From positions 96,001-160,000 of the forward strand of contig JAWLHJ010000001.1 of NCBI GenBank assembly GCA_041690395.1: DNA of 64,000 bases, in the 5' to 3' direction. The translations under genes were made by a program, and so were the position numbers. This document shows, one piece after another, positions 31,935 through 41,559 of the stretch (the first letter of the stretch is position 1; each line of letters opens with the position of its first letter). Below the pieces are notes generated by a model. It did no database searches and was not told the origin of the DNA. It saw only the letters and a list, made by a program, of their open reading frames with translations. Origin of the DNA: Longimicrobiales bacterium. Its GTDB lineage: Bacteria > Gemmatimonadota > Gemmatimonadetes > Longimicrobiales > Gaopeijiaceae.

Positions 31935-34604
31935 TCACCCGCCCCGCATCGACTGCACGGGATCGACCTGCGATGCCCGTCGGGCCGGCACGTAGCTGGC
32001 CAGGAGCCCGACCACGGTCAGCATGAGCGACATGCCCACGAACGTCCACGCGTCGAAGCGGGAGATCCCGTAGAGCATGCTCGACAGGGCGCGCGTAGCG
32101 AGTAACGCCGCCCCCAGCCCCAACGACATCCCAACCGCCAGAACCTTCGCGCCCTGCCCCACGACCATCCTCCGGACGCGAGCCGCCTCCGCACCCAACG
32201 CCATGCGCACACCGATCTCCTGCCTCCGCTCGTTGACCACGTACGACAGCACCCCGTAGAGCCCGATCGCGCCCAGCAGGAGCGCGAGTACGGCGGCGAT
32301 GGCGAGCGTGAGCATGGTGAAGGAGAGCTGCGTCATCGAGCGTGAGACGAGCTCCTCCATCGTGTAGACGCGGTACATGGGGGCGTTCGGCGCGACGTCC
32401 CGAACCAGTTCCCGGACGTCCGGGACGAGGCCGGCTCCGCGCTCCGACCGGACCACGTAGCCCGGCGATGGCAGAGCCCAGGAGTCGGGCCGCGGCCCCA
32501 CCGGGGGGAGGTACACGACGGGCTCGGCGTCGTCACGGAAGTCGTACTGCCGGATGTCCTCGACGACCCCGATGACCGTGTGCCAGTCCTGCAGGACCGT
32601 CGTTCGCAAGCGTTTCCCGACCGCGTTCTCGCCGGGCCAGAGCAGATCCGCCACCGTCCGGCTCACGATCACGTTCCCCGGGATCACGGCGTCGTCGTCG
32701 GTGAAGGCGCGCCCCTCCAGCACCTCGATGCCCATCGCCCTGAAGTAGTCGCCGCCGGCGAACGTGGCGCTCGCACGTGTACCCATCTCCGCGTCGGCCG
32801 CGGCCGACTCCTCGGTGACCAGCCCGACACCGAGCAGACCTTCGTCGAGCGGCATGTTCTCCACGAACCCTACTCCCTCGACGCCGGGGAGCTCACGGAG
32901 CCGAGCCATGAAGTCCTGGTGAAAGCGCGCCCAGGACGGCCCGTCTACCAGGTGCTCCAGCTCAGGCGCGAACTGGAAGCTGAGGATCCCGCTCGTGTCG
33001 TAGCCGGGATCGACCGACCTGAGCTCCTGGAAGCTCCGCAAGAGAAGACCCGATCCGACGAGGAGGACCAGAGCCAGCGCCGTCTGGCCGACCACGAGCG
33101 CGTCTCGACCCCAATGCGTCCTCCGGGTCGAGCCGCGCGTCCCGTCCCTGAGCCGGTCCAGGTCGGCCCTCGACGAGCGCACCGCCGGGGCGAGGCCACA
33201 GGCAAGGGCCGCGGCCAGCGAAGCGACCAGCACGAAGCCGATCGTCCCTGCGGACAGGCCGACATCGGCCACGCGCGGAAGCGCGTCGGGGGCGGACCTC
33301 TTGAACGCGGGGAGGATGATCCAGGCCAGACCGACGGCGCCGACGCCCGCCCCGCCCGCGACCACCAGGGCTTCGGCGAGCTGCGAGCGGATCAGGTCGC
33401 CGCGCCCGGCACCGATCGCGCGCCTTACCGCGAGATCCCGCCCGCGCCCCTCGGCGCGGACCGTGAACAGACTCGCCACGTTCGCGGCGGCGATCATCAG
33501 CACGAGCAGCACCGCACCCATCAGGATCCAGAGAGGGCCGCGCACCTCGCCGAGCAGCTCGGCACGCAGCGAGCCGACCACCGGAACGTGCCGCTCGATG
33601 ATCTCCGCGTATGCGGCGTTCCCGCCGTAGAGCTCCGGCAGGCGGTCCGCGAGCACGTCGAGCTCCCGCGCCAGCGACGCGTGATCGGCTTCGGGGGTCA
33701 TCCGTCCGACCAGATTCATGCCGAAGCGCCCGGGCGTGGTGACTGCCTCGGTGAACTCGACCGGAATCCAGGCGTCCACCGCGGCCGCGGGGAAGCGGAA
33801 GTCCGGCCCCATCACAGCGATGATCTCCTTGGGACCGTCGATGAAGAAGTGGCTCTGTCCGAGCACCCCGGGGTCACCACCGAACCACGTGGTCCAGAGC
33901 CCGTGGCTGATGAGCGCGACCCGGTCGCCTTCACCCGGCTCCGGCAAGCGGCCCAGGACCGGCTCCGCCCCCAGCGTCGCAAAGAGGGAGAGCGACGGCT
34001 GGGACTGGTTGAGCCGCTCCACCCGGTCTCCGGCTCGCGCGGTCGCGGTGAACCAGTTGTACGTCGCGAGCGACTCGAGCTGCGTGGCGTTGTCACCGTA
34101 TTGGTGGAAGAACTCGCGCGAGACCCCGAACTCGTCGGGGAAGTCGGCCCCCGGCGCCGACGCCGCGATGTGCACCAGCCGGTCCGCGTCCGCGTAGGGG
34201 AGCGGACGCAGCAGTACCGCGTCCACGACGCCAAAGATGCCCGCGTTGGCGCCCAGAGCGAGCGCGAGTGTCGCCACGGCCGCCGCCGTGAAGCCCGGCG
34301 ACCTGGCCAGTGACCGGGTCGCATGCCGAAAGTCTCGTATCCAGCTTCCCATCATCATCCCCACCTCCTCATCGAGTCTCGCATCTCCACCACCGCCTCC
34401 GTGCCATGTCGGCCGCACGCGCTCGCTCAGACCCGAACGGATCAGATCCGCGCTGGTCGCCACGATGCACCAGCAGCCGCGACACCATCCCCCGTCGAGG
34501 GCTCGGGCGCAGTCGTCTGCGGCCTGATCCGCGATCTCCCTCCCGAACCGCGCTCGGAAGCGCCGGGGATAGACGTGCAGGAGGAGCGCGAACAGCGTGG
34601 TCAC
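31935..34604 (-). CDS. ADOP-family duplicated ABC permease (MacB_PCD/FtsX x2)
   Basis: LLHVYPRRFRARFG N-terminus; DFRHATRSLARSPGF, TLALALGAN, LAVRRAIGA, EIGVRMALGA, PARRASQVDP. Confidence 0.92.
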   Translation of the reverse strand: MTTLFALLLHVYPRRFRARFGREIADQAADDCARALDGGWCRGCWCIVATSADLIRSGLSERVRPTWHGGGGGDARLDEEVGMMMGSWIRDFRHATRSLARSPGFTAAAVATLALALGANAGIFGVVDAVLLRPLPYADADRLVHIAASAPGADFPDEFGVSREFFHQYGDNATQLESLATYNWFTATARAGDRVERLNQSQPSLSLFATLGAEPVLGRLPEPGEGDRVALISHGLWTTWFGGDPGVLGQSHFFIDGPKEIIAVMGPDFRFPAAAVDAWIPVEFTEAVTTPGRFGMNLVGRMTPEADHASLARELDVLADRLPELYGGNAAYAEIIERHVPVVGSLRAELLGEVRGPLWILMGAVLLVLMIAAANVASLFTVRAEGRGRDLAVRRAIGAGRGDLIRSQLAEALVVAGGAGVGAVGLAWIILPAFKRSAPDALPRVADVGLSAGTIGFVLVASLAAALACGLAPAVRSSRADLDRLRDGTRGSTRRTHWGRDALVVGQTALALVLLVGSGLLLRSFQELRSVDPGYDTSGILSFQFAPELEHLVDGPSWARFHQDFMARLRELPGVEGVGFVENMPLDEGLLGVGLVTEESAAADAEMGTRASATFAGGDYFRAMGIEVLEGRAFTDDDAVIPGNVIVSRTVADLLWPGENAVGKRLRTTVLQDWHTVIGVVEDIRQYDFRDDAEPVVYLPPVGPRPDSWALPSPGYVVRSERGAGLVPDVRELVRDVAPNAPMYRVYTMEELVSRSMTQLSFTMLTLAIAAVLALLLGAIGLYGVLSYVVNERRQEIGVRMALGAEAARVRRMVVGQGAKVLAVGMSLGLGAALLATRALSSMLYGISRFDAWTFVGMSLMLTVVGLLASYVPARRASQVDPVQSMRGG

Positions 34605-34948
34605 GGCCGCGCGCCCAACCGCTCGAGGGCCAAAGCCGCCGTGCCTTCCAGCCGTCTGGCCTCGTCGGCCAGGGTCCTGCGTCCCTCGGGCGTAAGCCCG
34701 TAGTAGCGGCGCGGGCGCCCCGGATGCGGCCCTTCCGACTCCGGGGCGTCGGTCTCCCGGAGCAGCCCCGCGCCCACGAGTCGTGCGATGACCCGATACA
34801 GGCTCCCGGCCCGCGGCGCGATAGCGCCCTCGGACTCATCCTCCACCGCATCGCGGATGGCGTAGCCGTGGAGGGCGCCGTTCGCCGTGGCGAGGAGCAC
34901 GTGGTACTCGATGCCGCTCAGGCCGCTTTCTTCCGGGGGCTGGGTCAT
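34601..34948 (-). CDS. PadR-family transcriptional regulator
   Basis: LHGYAI, GSLYRVIARL, RRYYGLTPEGR; GTGA overlap with the ADOP permease. Confidence 0.93.
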   Translation of the reverse strand: MTQPPEESGLSGIEYHVLLATANGALHGYAIRDAVEDESEGAIAPRAGSLYRVIARLVGAGLLRETDAPESEGPHPGRPRRYYGLTPEGRRTLADEARRLEGTAALALERLGARP

Positions 34949-35078
34949 ACGTGGGTGCCTGCCATATATGTGTCGGGCGAATATACGTTAAAAGAGTATT
35001 TATGGCCAACTGCGTGCGCAAGACCTTCATGAGTGACCCTACGGCGTACGGAAGACGAAGGATTCGGTGGCGCCCGGG

Positions 35079-35633
35079 TCAGGGCATCCACCCCAGCTGC
35101 ACGAAGAGCGCGACGCCCTGGTGACTGTCCTCTCCGGCCAGGGTCGCGAAGAGCTGCAGGCCGATTCCGAGAACACGGTAGGACAGGGCCCCCTCCACGA
35201 TCATCGGCACCGCGGCCCGTGACCTGCACCGCTCCGGCACCGTGCTGCGTCCTTCGCAGGAACGCAACCGCGACAGCCCGGCCGCCGCCGCCAGGTGCCC
35301 GACGGGGCCGCGCAAAGTGCGTCCGTAGAGGACTCCGACCTCCCGGAGCGTCGGCTCATCCGGGCGTGCGCCCCAGATCGGTGTCCACTCGGTGGACCGG
35401 AGGGCGAGGCGGTGGCCGCTCACATCGAGCACGGCTGCGACCATGCCGCCCACGGTTCCGGACTGCTCACCAACAGGCGTGCCCCCAGGCCCGAGGCTCA
35501 ACCACGCCCGGACCGGCGTCGCGGCACCCTCCTGCGCGGCGGCAGGCGCTGGGGCAGCCAGGCCACCCGAGAGTAGACCCACGGCGACGTGGGCCGAAAG
35601 GGCGGGACCGACCAGGCTGCTCCCCCGTGGCAT
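35079..35633 (-). CDS. Hypothetical exported protein, possible small outer-membrane beta-barrel
   Basis: Signal peptide ending AAAQ; alternating amphipathic strands (EVGVLYGR, VEGALSY, GIGLQLFA, VALFVQLGW). Confidence 0.6.
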   Translation of the reverse strand: MPRGSSLVGPALSAHVAVGLLSGGLAAPAPAAAQEGAATPVRAWLSLGPGGTPVGEQSGTVGGMVAAVLDVSGHRLALRSTEWTPIWGARPDEPTLREVGVLYGRTLRGPVGHLAAAAGLSRLRSCEGRSTVPERCRSRAAVPMIVEGALSYRVLGIGLQLFATLAGEDSHQGVALFVQLGWMP

Positions 35634-36343
35634 CAGCTCGAGTCGCCGAGGAAGATCCCGAGCAGGATCACGTAGCCGAGGCCGAGCGCCCCCGTCGCGA
35701 TGAGCGCGGGCACGCTGCCGGCCGCAGCCCCCACGGAGATCGCCTGCTGGAAGCCTCCCTCGTCGAAGTAGCTCGCATCCGGAAACTGCACGTCGGAGAG
35801 CGAGACCCCGTCCCAGCGAACAAAAAACGCACCCTGATCACGGACGTTGATCCGGATGTCGGCCGTCGCACCTCTCGCCGACGGGTAGTTCCCGCCCGCT
35901 TCGAGGAGGCCACCCGCGAGCTCGAGGCTCAGGTCTTCGGAAAGCCAGTGCCGCGCCCGGGCCTTCAGTCCCGTGAAGATTCCCGATCCGCCGTGCGGAC
36001 CGACACTCAGGGTCCCACCGATGGCGAGGGTGGGGCTGACGTTCACCATATGCCCCACGTTCCACTCCAGACTGCTCTCGAATGCCGTCATCTCCACCGG
36101 CCGGCCGTCGCTGTAGCTCACCGATCGCGTGGTCTGGGCGAGCGGCTGGTAACCCTGCATCTCGATAAGCCAGAAGCTTTTGCAGGTCGGGAGCGGCCTG
36201 CCGCGGAAGCAACCGGTGCGCGGGGCCGCGGACGCCTGCTCCTCCTGCGCCTGCAGCCCGGCAGCACCGCTCACCGTGGGCGCCCACGCACCCATCACCC
36301 CGATCGCCAGAACACCGCCGAGCATTCTCCAGATCGTCGTCAT
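35633..36343 (-). CDS. Hypothetical exported protein with C-terminal hydrophobic segment
   Basis: GAGGAGGGGGAG RBS; signal peptide; beta-strand-rich core; hydrophobic C-terminus; 1-nt overlap with the next gene. Confidence 0.7.
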   Translation of the reverse strand: MTTIWRMLGGVLAIGVMGAWAPTVSGAAGLQAQEEQASAAPRTGCFRGRPLPTCKSFWLIEMQGYQPLAQTTRSVSYSDGRPVEMTAFESSLEWNVGHMVNVSPTLAIGGTLSVGPHGGSGIFTGLKARARHWLSEDLSLELAGGLLEAGGNYPSARGATADIRINVRDQGAFFVRWDGVSLSDVQFPDASYFDEGGFQQAISVGAAAGSVPALIATGALGLGYVILLGIFLGDSS

Positions 36344-36353
36344 CTCCCCCTCC

Positions 36354-36890
36354 TCACACGTCGAACAGTGGATCGAGAAACCGGTAGGTCCGGTACAGCT
36401 CCTCGCCCTCCAGCGGCGGATCCAGGTGCTGGGCGCCGACGAACACGAGTTGGATCACCCGGGCCATGCGCGAGGCCGCCTCACCCCGGCCCATGCGCTC
36501 GGTGCAAAGCTCTTCGAGGAACGCGAGCCGCCGCCGGTCCACGCGGTCCTGGACCCTGGCCGCTTCCGGCTCCCGAGCCGCCCACCCCCGAATGGCGCGC
36601 TCCAGGCGCGAGTTCTTCAGCTCCGAGGCCTGCCGGTTCACTGCCCGGAGGCGATCCTCCACCGGTGCGTCGGACTTGCCCGTTTCGATGAGCCGGTCGG
36701 TGGCCTGCCGCTCCCAGGTCTCGAGCAGGTCGCGCACGAAGCCGGGGCGGCCGTCGAAATGGTGGTAGAACGAGCCCTTGGAACGGTCGAGCCGGGTGCA
36801 CAGATGGTCGACCGTGAGCGCGCCGTCGCCCTCCGAAGCGAGAACGCGGAAGCCCTCGGCGATCCAGTCGTCACGGGTGATGCGTGTCAT
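36354..36890 (-). CDS. TetR/AcrR-family transcriptional regulator
   Basis: TRDDWIAEG...LTVDHLCTRLDRSKGSFYHHF HTH; AAGGAGG RBS. Confidence 0.93.
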   Translation of the reverse strand: MTRITRDDWIAEGFRVLASEGDGALTVDHLCTRLDRSKGSFYHHFDGRPGFVRDLLETWERQATDRLIETGKSDAPVEDRLRAVNRQASELKNSRLERAIRGWAAREPEAARVQDRVDRRRLAFLEELCTERMGRGEAASRMARVIQLVFVGAQHLDPPLEGEELYRTYRFLDPLFDV

Positions 36891-36928
36891 CTTGATCCCT
36901 CCTTGGTCACGACGATCCGCCCGCCGTG

Positions 36929-36957
36929 ATTATACCATACCGTATGGTATAGCACAA
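36929..36957 (-). promoter_or_regulatory. sigma70 promoter with embedded palindromic operator (likely TetR autoregulation)
   Basis: TTGTGC (36957-36952), 17 bp, TATAAT (36934-36929); perfect inverted repeat TATACCATAC-C-GTATGGTATA at 36931-36951. Confidence 0.8.
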
Positions 36958-37088
36958 GATCGGTCATCGAGGCGGGGCCCAGCCCCACTGCTACGTTATT
37001 CCACACGCTTGCGAGGGGACGTTCTCACCGGCATGGTGCTCCGTCATCGACCTGAGCATGCCTCGACCCACGATCCCCGCCCGGCGCC

Positions 37089-38690
37089 ATGAATGCCATC
37101 CGCTCCGTGACCCCGTTGCTCGCGCTCCTTCTCTTCCTGGGAGCATGCTCTTCGCCGCAGGACGAAGGCCCTTGGGACGTGCTGCTCTCGGGTGGCACCG
37201 TCATCGACGGGACCGGCACGCCGGGCTTCACGGCCGACGTCGCGGTGCGCGACGGTGTCATCGTGCGGGTTTCCGCCGAGCCGCTCGACCCGGAACAGGC
37301 CGAGCGAGTCATCGACGCACGGGACCGCGTCGTGGCGCCCGGCTTCATCGACGTGCACGCCCACCTCGACCCGCTCCTCGACCTTCCCGGCGCCGAGAGC
37401 CACGTCCGCCAGGGCGTCACGACCGCGCTCGGTGGACCGGACGGGGGCGGCCCGTGGCCGTTCGCGGAGTACCTCGACTCCGCGGAGATCCTGGGAATGG
37501 GCATGAACGTGGCCTTCCTCGCAGGGCACAACACGATCCGGCGGGAGGTGATGGGCACCGCGGACCGTGCGCCGACCGACGACGAGCTCGCCAGCATGCG
37601 GCAGATGGTCGCCACGGCCATGGGGGAGGGCGCGTTCGGGCTGTCGACGGGCCTCCGCTACGTGCCGGGGACCTACTCCGAGATCGACGAGGTGGTCGCC
37701 CTCGCCGAGGTCGCCTCGGACTCCGGCGGTATCTACACGTCGCACCTCCGTGAGGAGGGCCTCGAGCTGATCGAAGGCGTGGCCGAGCTCATGGAGATCT
37801 CGCGCCGCGCCGACATCCGGGCGGTGCTCACGCACCACAAGGCCGTCGGCTACCCCATGTGGGGCTCCAGCGAGCGGACGCTGGCCATGGTCGACTCGGC
37901 GCGCGCGGCCGGCACCGACGTCCGTATCGACCAGTACCCGTACACGGCGACCTACACGGGCATCAGTATCCTGCTTCCGCCGTGGTCGCTCGCCGGTGGC
38001 GACACGGCGTTCGCCCGTAGGGTGGCCGACCCGGTCCTCCGCGACAGCATCATGTCCGGAACGGTCTTCAACATCATCAACGACCGGGGCGGCAACGACC
38101 TCCGCCGCGTCCAGCTCGCCCGCGTCGAATGGATGCCGGAGTTGGAAGGCCGGACGCTGCACGACTGGGCGGAGATGCGCGGGATGCCCTCCACCCCCGA
38201 GACCGGAGCGGAGCTCGTGATCGACGCCCAGCTCCGCGGTGGCGCGTCGGCGATCTATCACGTGCTCGACGAGGACGACGTCGCCCGGATCATGCGGCAC
38301 CCCTGGACGATGATCGCGTCGGACGGTCGCCTCACGCGCCCCGGCATCGGACACCCGCATCCGCGATGGTACGGCACGTTTCCCCGAGTGCTCGGCCACT
38401 ATGTGCGCGAGTTGGGCGTGCTCCCCCTCGAGGAGGCCGTTCGGAAGATGACGTCGATGCCGGCCGAGACCCTTTCGCTGGAGGACCGCGGCCGGGTCGG
38501 TGAGGGGCTCGTCGCCGACCTCGTGGTCTTCGACCCGGAGACGGTAATCGACCGGGCCACGTTCGAAGACCCACACCAGTATCCGGAAGGGATTCCCTTC
38601 GTCGTCGTCAACGGCGTCGTGACCGTCGACGACGGGCGCTATCTGGACCTCCGACCCGGCCACGTGTTGCGCCGAGGCGGCGGTCGTTAG
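37089..38690 (+). CDS. N-acyl-D-amino-acid deacylase family lipoprotein
   Basis: FLGAC lipobox; GGTVIDGTG, PGFIDVHAH, GLSTGL.YVPG, SHLREE, QYPYTAT, ASDG, HPRWYGTFPRVLG, ADLVVFDP. Confidence 0.92.
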   Translation: MNAIRSVTPLLALLLFLGACSSPQDEGPWDVLLSGGTVIDGTGTPGFTADVAVRDGVIVRVSAEPLDPEQAERVIDARDRVVAPGFIDVHAHLDPLLDLPGAESHVRQGVTTALGGPDGGGPWPFAEYLDSAEILGMGMNVAFLAGHNTIRREVMGTADRAPTDDELASMRQMVATAMGEGAFGLSTGLRYVPGTYSEIDEVVALAEVASDSGGIYTSHLREEGLELIEGVAELMEISRRADIRAVLTHHKAVGYPMWGSSERTLAMVDSARAAGTDVRIDQYPYTATYTGISILLPPWSLAGGDTAFARRVADPVLRDSIMSGTVFNIINDRGGNDLRRVQLARVEWMPELEGRTLHDWAEMRGMPSTPETGAELVIDAQLRGGASAIYHVLDEDDVARIMRHPWTMIASDGRLTRPGIGHPHPRWYGTFPRVLGHYVRELGVLPLEEAVRKMTSMPAETLSLEDRGRVGEGLVADLVVFDPETVIDRATFEDPHQYPEGIPFVVVNGVVTVDDGRYLDLRPGHVLRRGGGR

Positions 38691-38830
38691 CGGGCCAGGG
38701 TCCGCGAGCACCGCTCAAGCGGCCGCGGCGACCGACCGATCCTCTGACCAGCGCCGATGCACGGCGAGGTGTTCACGGGACTCCAGGTCGAAGAGGCGGA
38801 ACGATGCAGGAAGGCACGGGAAGTACGGCG

Positions 38831-39349
38831 ATGGCGTTGCGGGAGCCTGCGGATGGAACGACGGAGGGCGTGACGGGAGATCCGCATCCCGACGCCACCG
38901 CCCCGGGCGAGGCCGCCGAACCGACCCGTTCACCGGGCGGAGAGCTGCTTCAGGCCGAGCTCCTCGAGACCTCGTTCGCCCTCGTCGCACCCAGTGCGGA
39001 AGCCCTGGTCGACAGGTTCTACTTCAGGCTGTTCCGGGCCGCTCCCGAAGCCTATCACCTGTTCGACCCAGGTCGTTTCGGCGAGCAGAAGAAGAAGCTG
39101 TTGGCCGCCCTCAAGCTTACGGTGAACAGTGCCCGGAAGCCGGAAGCCCTCGCGCCCGTGCTCCAGGACCTCGGCGCCAAGCATGTCCAGTACGGCGTCC
39201 GCGCCGAGCACTATCCCGTCGTCGGCTCCATTCTTCTGGCCACCCTCGAGGAGTTCGCCGGAGACGCCTGGACCCCGGACGTCCGCAACGCCTGGGTGCA
39301 GGCCTATTCCGTCGTGAGCGACCTCATGCTCGATGGGGCCCGGGCCTGA
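38831..39349 (+). CDS. Single-domain globin
   Basis: RFYFRLF (B10 Tyr), HLF (CD1), EQKKKL (E7 Gln), LGAKHVQYGV (F8 His), HYPVVG, AWVQAY; start uncertain. Confidence 0.9.
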   Translation: MALREPADGTTEGVTGDPHPDATAPGEAAEPTRSPGGELLQAELLETSFALVAPSAEALVDRFYFRLFRAAPEAYHLFDPGRFGEQKKKLLAALKLTVNSARKPEALAPVLQDLGAKHVQYGVRAEHYPVVGSILLATLEEFAGDAWTPDVRNAWVQAYSVVSDLMLDGARA

Positions 39350-39371
39350 CGGAGCGCCGGAATCCTCCGGG

Positions 39372-40574
39372 TCAGCGCAACCCGTCTTTGAGCCGCTCGA
39401 GGAAGGTGGCGCGCCGCGCCGACCGCGCCTCGCTCACGGGCTCCGGCCAGAGTCCGTGCATGGCCACCACCAGGTTCAGCGCCGGATCCACGTGGATGAG
39501 CTGCCCGAAGATGCCGCGCGCGCTGAACGAGCCGTCCTCGTGCAGCCACCAGAGGTATCCGTAGTCGGGATTCGCCGGAGACGGGTTCGTGGCCCTCGCC
39601 ATCCACCCCTCGGGGAGCACGGCCGTTCCGTCGGCGAGCCGGCCGCCCCGTAGCGCGAACAGGCCGAGACGCGCGTAGTCCCGCAGGGTCGCGCTGATAC
39701 AGCATCCGGCGTATTCGGGGCCACCCGGCTCGACCAGCATCCAGTTCGCGTCGGATTCCATGCCGAACGGTCCCCAGATGCGTTGGTGCAGGTACGCGGA
39801 CAGGTTGTTGCCCACCGCGCCTCGCACGATGGAGCCGGCCAGGAAGATCTCCCCGGTGCTGTAGTTGAAGCGCTCCCCGGGCTCGGCCGTGCGGTCCCGG
39901 TCCCCCAGGAAGCGAAGTCGCTCGACCGCCCCGTAGCGGATCTCCTGGCTCACGTCCGACTCCGGGTCGGAGTAGTCCTCGTTCCAGGCCACCCCTGAGC
40001 TCATCGTCAGGACGTCCTCGATCGTGACGCCCTCGTAAGCGCTTCCCTCGAGCAGGGGCACGTACCGGGTCACGGGATCGGTGACGCTCTCGATAAGCCC
40101 GTCCTCGATGGCGGCCCCGAGGAGCATGGACACCACCGACTTCGAGATCGAGTAGGACACCCATCGCTTCTCGGGCCCGTGACCGTCGGCGTAGCGCTCG
40201 GCCAGGACCTCGCCTCCACGGACGACGATGAGCCCCATGACCGAGTCACGCTCCATGAAGCGATCGATGTCGAGGGCGGCCGGCCACGGGGCGGTCGCGG
40301 GAGGGAGCGGCATCGGCTCACCGCTCGCCGGGATCGAGCGGGTGGGGAAGATGCGGTCGTAGCTCGGAAAGCCGGCCCGGCGCTCGCCGGCGGTCCATAG
40401 CAGCACGCTGTCCGGATGGCCGAAGTCGCCCGAGCCTTCGAGGGCGACCGCGGAGGTCTCCGCGTCGACTCCGGAGCGGCTCGCCGCGGGGTCCTCGCAG
40501 GCGAGCTGCCAGAGCAACGAGAGGACGAGCACCAGCGTCGGTGCACGCCCGCGTCTGTCGTGGCTCATGGTCAT
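39372..40574 (-). CDS. Serine hydrolase, beta-lactamase class C/NylB-like (probable lipoprotein)
   Basis: SISKS (SxxK), LTMSSG, FNYST, YGYLWW, ARGIFGQ; QLAC lipobox. Confidence 0.9.
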   Translation of the reverse strand: MTMSHDRRGRAPTLVLVLSLLWQLACEDPAASRSGVDAETSAVALEGSGDFGHPDSVLLWTAGERRAGFPSYDRIFPTRSIPASGEPMPLPPATAPWPAALDIDRFMERDSVMGLIVVRGGEVLAERYADGHGPEKRWVSYSISKSVVSMLLGAAIEDGLIESVTDPVTRYVPLLEGSAYEGVTIEDVLTMSSGVAWNEDYSDPESDVSQEIRYGAVERLRFLGDRDRTAEPGERFNYSTGEIFLAGSIVRGAVGNNLSAYLHQRIWGPFGMESDANWMLVEPGGPEYAGCCISATLRDYARLGLFALRGGRLADGTAVLPEGWMARATNPSPANPDYGYLWWLHEDGSFSARGIFGQLIHVDPALNLVVAMHGLWPEPVSEARSARRATFLERLKDGLR

Positions 40575-40743
40575 GTCGGGGTCAGGTCTAGGTCGGCCGT
40601 ATCACGCTCGGTCGCCAACCTAACGAAGAGCCGCCGCCCGGACTCCAATAGTTGGAGCGCGAGGGTGGGCGCTTCACGCGGCGCGCCGACCGATCGGCGC
40701 ACCGAGACCCATGCGGCACCGAGACATGTGCGGGAGTGACTTC

Positions 40744-41319
40744 ATGAAGAAGACGACGATGGGCGGGGCTCTGATCCTCGCCGTGATGCTCGCCGGAGCG
40801 GGCGCCGAGCTGCCGGCCCAGCAGGAGCGGGCCCCCGGGGCCAGGGGCGACGCCCGGATGGAGCGGATGGACAGGGTAGGCAGGATCGCGCGCGATGGCG
40901 GCGCCCCCGGCGTCGAAGGCATCCTCCGTATGCGGGACCGCCTGGCGCTCACCGACGACCAGGTGGCCAGGCTCGAGGCCCTGCGGAGTGAGCGCGTGCG
41001 GGAGCGAGCCGAGGTCGCGTCCGAGAGGGCGGACCTCAGGTCACAGCTCCGAGCAGGAACGCTCGACCGGGCGGAGGCGCGCGAGCGCATGAGGGCGGCG
41101 GCCGAGGCGCGCCGAGGAAGCGCCGATCAGGCACGGGCCGAGGTAGAGGCGCTGCTGACCGAGGACCAACGGGCGACCGTCCAGCAGTTCCAGGCCCAGC
41201 GCCGGGCGTTCGAAGCGGGCCGGCGAAGCGGCATGCGGGAGCAGGCGCGCGGCGCCCGGCCCGGGCGCGACCGGCCTTCGCGGAATCGCGGACAACGGGG
41301 TCCCGGCGGCGATCGGTAG
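40744..41319 (+). CDS. Periplasmic Spy/CpxP-like (LTxxQ) helical protein
   Basis: Signal peptide; two LTxxQ motifs (LTDDQ, LTEDQ); Arg-rich helical composition. Confidence 0.75.
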   Translation: MKKTTMGGALILAVMLAGAGAELPAQQERAPGARGDARMERMDRVGRIARDGGAPGVEGILRMRDRLALTDDQVARLEALRSERVRERAEVASERADLRSQLRAGTLDRAEARERMRAAAEARRGSADQARAEVEALLTEDQRATVQQFQAQRRAFEAGRRSGMREQARGARPGRDRPSRNRGQRGPGGDR

Positions 41320-41339
41320 GGCCTGAGGGCAAGCCGGGC

Positions 41340-41357
41340 CCCGGGGGCTTCCCCGGG
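41340..41357. terminator. GC-rich hairpin after the Spy-like gene
   Basis: CCCGGGG-GCTT-CCCCGGG stem-loop; no U-tract, so terminator role is uncertain. Confidence 0.35.
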
Positions 41358-41484
41358 CACCGCCCTCGACGATCCAGCCTCAGTTCGAGAGCGGCCTCCG
41401 GGACTCACCTGTCCCGGGGGCCGTCGTGCGTCCGGGCACCTTGACCCTCCCCGAAGCCCCCCCTACGTTTCGGGTCCTGAAACG

Positions 41485-41497
41485 AAGAATCATTCTT
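41485..41497. promoter_or_regulatory. Fur/PerR-like palindromic box upstream of sufC
   Basis: AAGAAT-C-ATTCTT perfect 6-1-6 palindrome in an AT-rich patch 62 bp before the sufC ATG. Confidence 0.6.
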
Positions 41498-41559
41498 GAT
41501 AAGGTCGCGCCCGGGCACGCTGCTCGTGCGCGGCTTCCGTCGATAGCCACGAGGGACGC

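Noticed and set aside
34960..35005. AT-rich stretch upstream of padR as a PadR operator
   Set aside because: Likely the promoter region, but I could not define a convincing palindrome.
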